A stretch of DNA of 54,522 bases, from positions 1 to 54,522 of the forward strand of contig JAQGDQ010001216.1 of assembly GCA_030141605.1 (NCBI GenBank), read 5' to 3'. The position numbers were made by a program, and so were the translations under genes. The notes under the pieces were generated by a model. The model did no database searches. It was not told the origin of the DNA and was given only the letters and a program-made list of their open reading frames with translations. This DNA comes from Tubiluchus corallicola. Its lineage: Eukaryota > Animalia > Priapulida. This document shows positions 48,272 to 54,522 of the stretch, piece by piece. Position 1 is the stretch's first letter; the number at the start of each line of letters is the position of its first letter.

Positions 48272-48423
48272 TCAGGACCAATTTGCTCTCCATTCGTCTG
48301 CACCAAGTTGAGTCTGATGAGTCCACCAGCCCTTAGATTGAAACTCTTTAAGAAAAACTGGAAACTGGACGTGTGCAAAATTCAGACTGACTCTAACTAA
48401 ATAGTCTACATCTAGAGCCATAC
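48272..48423 (-). CDS. RUSF1: RUS1-family terminal exon
   Basis: ttttag|..QFPVFLKEFQSKGWWTHQTQLGADEWRANWS*; RUSF1 C-terminal 'FP.FL..L...GW.T...QL..DEWRA.W' motif. Confidence 0.93.
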
Positions 48424-49325
48424 CTAAAACAGGCAAGTCAAAATTAGAAAATGTGTAGTTTATTTGTAGATGGTTAAATAGCACAGTTTTTGTGCTTACA
48501 ATTTGTTTTGGAACGAGAAACTTGAAGAAACACAATGGAACTGGCCAAGCAACCAAATCAATAAGCATCCTTTTTAAAATTCTACTGTGCTTGTGATTTT
48601 TGAAACCCTTAATAAGTGTTTTCTCTCAGTTTTATATCTGTATAATATATTGCATATGCAAACTGGCAGTTTCTTTACTGCTTGGAGATATCAAATTACA
48701 TTACACAGCACTTCAAAGTAGAATAGTATAATTCAAGAACTGAATAGTGAGGAACCACTGGTAGAAGTTATTGAATAAATAAATATTCCTATACCAAACA
48801 CGAGTAAACTTAGTTGACAATCTAGTTTTCTACTCTCTAATCTCTGTGATGTATCTAAAATATTTAATTTTAAGTTTTGGTTTGTTGCCCGTTTTCATAT
48901 TTTAAACATAGGTTCTGTTACCCTGTAATAAGGTAATCAACCAAGGTTATTGCTACAGGAGTAAATTTAATTTAATAACGACCTTATGGACAAGAGATTC
49001 GTTTCACTCACTTTATGGTTAACTTATGTTTCTGTGTACGTGTGTACACATTGTTGTTTCATCTATTGATAGTAATGTATATTGTAATGTTGAGGCAAAT
49101 GAAATTGTAATGAAAGATTACGGTCCATCCGCATAAAACTATATCAAGCTTTTGGCGATTTTGAGGACCTCCCTACCTCGAATTATAATGAAGTTATCAT
49201 ATCACCACCACCTACCTAAACCTTTATGACTTTATACTGATATCAATATCACACAGATGTAGCTTTTTGTACATTATATTCTTCGGTCTCCCAAGGTCAG
49301 GCAAGAACATCACTTATGTTAATTA

Positions 49326-49560
49326 AGGGACGCCATCAGTGGATTATACTGGCATTGGCATAGGCACTGGAAGCGGTGGCAGCCTCAGTTCAAAATGGAC
49401 TGCGCCCTTGTAGAGTCGTCTGGTACGTGTGAAAAAAGCGTGAAGTTAGGTAACGATATCGTGACTAAATTACCTACCTACCTTGCGTTACAAAAGCGTT
49501 ATCACGTCTCCTGCCACCTACCTACCCTAAAGTTGATGTCACTATATGTGGCTGATCCCT
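49326..49560. mobile_element. Possible degenerate MITE (AGGGA...TCCCT ends, TA flanks)
   Basis: taAGGGACGCCA ... TGGCTGATCCCTta, internal CCTACCTACC repeats. Confidence 0.4.
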
Positions 49561-49582
49561 TACCACAAGGCAGAATATATTT

Positions 49583-49625
49583 CATCTCATCTCAACTCAT
49601 ATCATCTCATATCTCATCTCATCTT
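49583..49625. repeat. (ATCTC)n simple repeat
   Basis: Direct reading. Confidence 0.85.
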
Positions 49626-49657
49626 ATGCAATAGTTAAACAAACATAGCATCCATAC

Positions 49658-49902
49658 CTTTATTTTCCCTTAATGTTTGTATTGCTTGCTGCACTGGCTT
49701 CCATGTTTGTGCATGGACAGTAGAAGATCTCAAGTTTTCTAATATAAATAACACAACTTCAGCCTGAAACAAAGCTTCTAACCAATCCTCATGTGTGCTG
49801 TCATCTCGAAGTACTATGTTAATCCATCTATTCTTGGTGTCTATCCATAGAAGGTATTTTCGGTAGTCGTATAGTTTCTTCAATCGTACAAAGTCACTAT
49901 GA
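49658..49902 (-). CDS. RUSF1: RUS1-family exon
   Basis: ttccag|HSDFVRLKKLYDYRKYLLW...DWLEALFQA...RENK|gtatgg, phase 2/1. Confidence 0.9.
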
Positions 49903-50979
49903 CTGGAAAATATGGAAATAGTGCTGAACGGAATACAGTTGTGTTTGAGAACAGTAAGTCACTAACTTAGTCCAACTAAGTTAAAACGAATCCAAAATAT
50001 TATAGAATAGTACTATAATTAAGGCTGCCTTCAGAAGTATGTTTTTAGAGAACCTTTTTTAGACAGATAACTACAAACAACAGCGTAAAAGGAAGCAGCT
50101 CTGATTTCATTTCTTCTCAGGGTCTATTTGAATAATTTCTTAATCACATCAGCTAATTCTAGAGTGGGTTGTAGATTAAGAGATTAAGGCAAGTACTGCA
50201 GAGAAATTTTATAACAGGATGATTTATTTTTACATTTAAAGGCAAAAAAGAAAGAGAAATTTTGAAGCATGTTTCAAGAAATTTTTCATACGAAGTTTTT
50301 TCATACAAAGTTATATTATTCAGCACTAAGCTTGCCTGCTTGAAAGACTTATGTAATTGGAAAAAAAATTCTTAATAATCTAAAATATTTGTCAGCTGGT
50401 AAAACATCATTGCACTGTCATCCCAGGGTGCATCACTAATACATAAAGCACATCATTGATCTTATTGACGATATAAAAAGTAATTTAAACTTTTGCTTAG
50501 TTAGTGAAAAGTGTGCTATGGATGCTTTGATTATTTTTTCAAACATTACGCAATGCTGTCTTAACTTGTTTCAAATGACTTACTGTCAAAATGGCTGTGC
50601 CTAACAGTTATCGCGAGAAGTTAAATTGCTCTGTATCCAATAAGACAGCATAAAAGTGATATAAAATATCAAGACAAACTTTTTAAGCATTAATTACAAA
50701 GAGTGTTTTCTTGTGCTTTAGGGCAAAACAGTAAATATTAAATATGTATGAGAAATATAACAACAAAAAAAACAAGCATTGTTTTCCGAATTATTATAGT
50801 GGTATATACGTGCGTGTAATACTGAAAAAGAGCCACTTTTACTAAATATTCTTTACAATTCATACACATTTTTAGTCATTTTATCAAATAATCAGTATCA
50901 TTTGCTAACTTGCTTACACAGAGCCATATAATCATGAGCATGAAGATATACTAACTACAGATACAGTGTGTATGAATAC

Positions 50980-51037
50980 CTAGAAACAACGGCAGATAAA
51001 GGCTGACCTAATTTCACTTTAAATGGCCTCTTCAAGC
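50980..51037 (-). CDS. RUSF1: RUS1-family short exon
   Basis: ttttcag|(G)LKRPFKVKLGQPLSAVVS|gtattc; phase 1/2 exactly bridges the neighbouring exons. Confidence 0.85.
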
Positions 51038-51136
51038 CTGAAAAAAGAAAACAAAACATTTTAGTCACTGAATAATAAAACTTTTGGGGCACGAGATTAT
51101 GCATAAATAATAGAGATAGTGATTGACTCTCCTATG

Positions 51137-51875
51137 CAGGGCCAAAGTGCTCTGTGGCTCTTGCGGAGGAGTTATGAATTAATGAGTGTCTAGTGCATGC
51201 ATCTTCATATTATGAAGTTCATCTTATACATGAACTTTCTTAATACTGTGAAGGCAATGAAACTATGCAGTCTGTCCATATATCTATGTTTCAATGTTTT
51301 TTGCTGATCGTTTGTTTACTTGTTTTGCAATTTTAGTTTATCTTTGCCATTTACAAAAAGCTAATTGCCGAGCCTTATATGCATTAGTTAGATCATCATT
51401 GGACTTTAATTTTACTAATTTGTAGATGACATTCAAACCTTCAACACAGCAAGATCACCGTTAATGAGATTATATAACATAAAACTTAGAATATAAAGTT
51501 GTGTTGTTTATTAAATATGTCTAGAATGTTTAAACATTTTATATCTCTAAACATAAACTGATAGAAACATAACTACGGTCAATAATTTCACAAGAAAGAT
51601 CAAATAATTTGGTGATGCTATCTATAGAGAAAAAATGACATTATTAAAACCATTGACTTTGAAATGATTTTGAAAGATTTTTCGAATAAAAAAGCCAGAA
51701 AAGGTTGTCCTTAGAAGGCTTATGCACAAACAGTATGTCATTGTGGCTAATGGTGGAGCCTCAAGCCCTCAACACCTTTTGGCTGGGACTGGCATACTAC
51801 ACAAAGCATAAAAGATCAATCTTTAGTTTTTGTAGGGTAGAGGGCCCCACTAACACTTCCTACTGCCGGCCCCTG
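51137..51875. mobile_element. Old hAT-like element
   Basis: Ends CAGGGCC / GGCCCCTG, flanks ctcctatg / cttctatc (6/8). Confidence 0.5.
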
Positions 51876-52154
51876 CTTCTATCACCATCCACTCAGTAAA
51901 CAGCGGGTGCAAATGTGCTTAATTTCAACAAACACACAAAATCATATGAAAAACAGGAATTCATATCTGTCGTAATCATGTATTTGCAAAAAATGTAATT
52001 TTGCTCAGGTTTTAAAATGAAAAATTATCAGTATACTCAGAGTGCTGCCAAGTTACATTTTTCATTTTGTTATCAAAACTGGCTGTCAGTAACAGTAATT
52101 CTAGATGTCAAGAAATAGCTTACTGAAGTATTTTGTACAAGCAACCATATTTAC

Positions 52155-52339
52155 CAAATGTCACAGATTCACGCCTGTTGGCTTCCTTTACAGATGTGAC
52201 GTCACCCCATGACAGATACAGCGTCACTACATGATGAAATCTGGCTTGATTTGGAGTCTCCATGATGATAGAAGTAACAGCTTTATAATTAGCGTAGATG
52301 TGTAGGCAAGCACATAGAAAGAACAGTGTCCATATTAGC
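52155..52339 (-). CDS. RUSF1: RUS1-family exon
   Basis: ttatag|LIWTLFFLCACLHIYANYKAVTSIIMETPNQARF...EANRRESVTF|gtaaat; 'LHIYANY.AV..L.METLN' motif. Confidence 0.94.
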
Positions 52340-52519
52340 CTATAAGTTCAAGAATAAACAAACAATCCATTAAAATTGCCCATAAGTTTGTTCTTTCAAA
52401 TGTTGTCAGTCATTCAGAAACTGACTGCACCATTACAATGTATACTTTTTAAACTTTAAAATCTAAATCAAAACTTTAGTTTTTAAATGACAAAAAATAT
52501 AAACTTGTTTTAAATTTAC

Positions 52520-52692
52520 ATTTGCTTATCGGCAACTAGTGGTATCAGTACAAGGCTGACAAGTAGCGCTGCCAAATTCACCAGAGTCTCTTGGCTGCCA
52601 TCTTTGGCAGAAACGTCGGCCATATTGTTGCGTCTTGCTTGATGTTGTGTTAGCGCTGCCCTGGTGGCACCACCAGCAACTCCAACTATTGC
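52520..52692 (-). CDS. RUSF1: RUS1-family exon
   Basis: ttgcag|AIVGVAGGATRAALTQHQARRNNMADVSAKDGSQETLVNLAALLVSL..|gtaaat; hallmark RUSF1 motif. Confidence 0.96.
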
Positions 52693-53662
52693 CTGCAAAA
52701 CATTAAAAACATACAGTTAACACAAGTGCATAAAATACAAAAAATACATGTTATTATTGCCAACTATAGTGGAATAAAACTACTAAACTACTACATTATA
52801 CTAACTAGTCATTCCATAGAACTTTATAGAAATATGCCAGTTTATATATAAATAGTTTTTTGCATGTTAACATGTCCACTTTTTTCAATGAGCATGCAAC
52901 GGTATTGCTTAAAATGTCTGGCAACAAACTGCCAGTTTTGACACTGGACAATGAAATTGCAAAGTTTTTGGCTCAGAATTTCCTAAGACAACATCATCAA
53001 AATCAATTGGGATTTGTTCAATTTTACGTGTTTACTAAACTTTATCTATATATGCTGCCGCTGTAGCTTCATTCTACAAAAGTCATTTTAACCTGTCAAT
53101 TATTTAAAGCTCAAACTGACAATCAATGTGAAAAAATGCCTGACAAAAAAAAAGAAAACAGCATTGAGCCGAATTTTCTTTAAACAATTTTGGTAAAGTA
53201 CAAGCACATTTAGAAGTCAGGCTAACAAATAAAATGAAATTCTTTGCTTTGTTAACTAACTAGCATTAATAAATTAACAATTATTACTCGCAAGTTAGTT
53301 GCATTTTAATTCCAGTACAGATTTGCAGTGTATAATTTTTTATGCACTTCCTGTGTACTGCAAGCCATAATCCAGCATTCCAGGGCAAACTCTACACAAG
53401 GAGATGTTTGTGGCATGACTGGCATCTGACTCATTATCAACGATGAGTTAAACATTATTTAACATAATTAATAATTAACAATAATTAACATTATTTAAGA
53501 TGAGGTATTGAACTAGTGGAGGTATCTCAGCCTCCACATTCAAGGTAAATACTTAAAACTTACGAATTAACCCCCCCCCCCAACCCGGATCGATTTAAGA
53601 ATTAAACAGAGTGGACACATTAAAGCACACGTGCCAATCCACTCATCCACAAAGCTTATCAC

Positions 53663-54023
53663 CAGTGGCAAAGCTAACAGAGAAGGAAAGGGAGCAACCG
53701 CTCCCCGAGCACATTTTTCAAAATTGGCACCTGTTCAACAACACTTGATTTTACATTTACAATTAAAACACATAAACACCACGTCTTTATAATGTTTTGA
53801 GATTTACAAGCTTACTGTAAAACTTTTTATTTTAATTGTGTCTTAATTTTAAATACAAAATAACAATTATGTACTTCTTTTAAAACTATAACTTCCAGAT
53901 GTTTTGGTTTTAAACACGAAATTAAAATGTATAATCATTACATTAAAAATTGTTTTGTATGTGTCACGGAGCATTTTTTTATGTACTTGGTCTCCCTAAC
54001 TTTAGAACTTTGTTATGCAGTTG
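53663..54023. mobile_element. hAT-like MITE
   Basis: Perfect 8-bp TSD CTTATCAC on both sides, with degenerate TIRs CAGTGGCAAAGCT / TGTTATGCAGTTG. Confidence 0.75.
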
Positions 54024-54055
54024 CTTATCACACAGAACATAAAATGATTTCATAC

Positions 54056-54197
54056 CTTACACACACCTGACACGCACACAATATATCTAAAAATTTCACG
54101 TGGTAAGAGTGCTGATATCAGATCCACGCATATGGCAGTGTCTAGTAAAACATCTGCAAACAGTCTCCATCTCTTGCAGTCAGCATCCAAAGACGAC
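54056..54197 (-). CDS. RUSF1: RUS1-family (C16orf58/DUF647) internal exon; upstream exons lie outside the window
   Basis: ttctag|SSLDADCKRWRLFADVLLDTAICVDLIS...VSGVCK|gtatga; RUS1 'LD..AKQWRLFAD' motif. Confidence 0.92.
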
Positions 54198-54522
54198 CTA
54201 GAAAAAATTGTTTTCTGATGTATATAGTTTTCCTCACAAACTATTTTATAGACACACACTGCTTTTTCATTATTAGTTTATAATTATGTCACTACACATT
54301 TCACAAGCCAACGAATTTAAAGCCTTCAGTTTGCAATTGTGCGCATGTGTAAGGTGAGAAAAACGAAGACAAAACACAAAGGTTCCGTTTATTTGTGCTA
54401 AAATACAGTCTTTTAGTCAGTGTGTATCACATATATTTTGCTTTTGATTAATCTCACTTAACTGAAATAAGTACTCTTTAAATGAATATTATATTGATTT
54501 ATGCATGACTGTAATCGGTATT

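Noticed and set aside
48308-48347. Hammerhead-ribozyme-like CTGATGA...GAAA
   Set aside because: Stem II is out of register, there is no room for stem I, and it is simply the antisense of the RUSF1 terminal coding exon. CTGATGA at ~26352 and ~46580 also lacks proper stems.

Overview
AT-rich, intron-rich animal (invertebrate-type) genomic DNA, not prokaryotic; most entries in the ORF track are spurious. Three spliced genes are readable by eye. (1) The 5' part of a ZNRF3/RNF43-family PA-domain E3 ligase lies on the minus strand: exon 1 at 18473-18685, an ~18.2 kb first intron, exon 2 at 177-302, and the gene continues off the left edge. (2) A complete Kinase Suppressor of Ras (KSR) gene lies on the plus strand, head-to-head with ZNRF3: 19 phase-consistent GT-AG coding exons at 22042-43129, 2799 nt, 932 aa. 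(3) The last six exons of a RUS1/C16orf58 (RUSF1) homologue lie on the minus strand at 48272-54197, convergent with KSR. Introns carry many non-autonomous DNA transposons (Tc1/pogo-like, piggyBac-like, hAT-like), decayed LINE 3' ends, tRNA-derived heads and tandem repeats. I found no evidence of a wholly new multi-gene system. The most notable observations are three bipartite TCF HMG+Helper motifs in ZNRF3, a sharp CpG-density boundary between ZNRF3 and KSR/RUSF1, an inverted-repeat element holding two divergent tRNA-like heads, and atypical catalytic-motif residues in KSR. All family assignments come from recalled motifs, not database searches.
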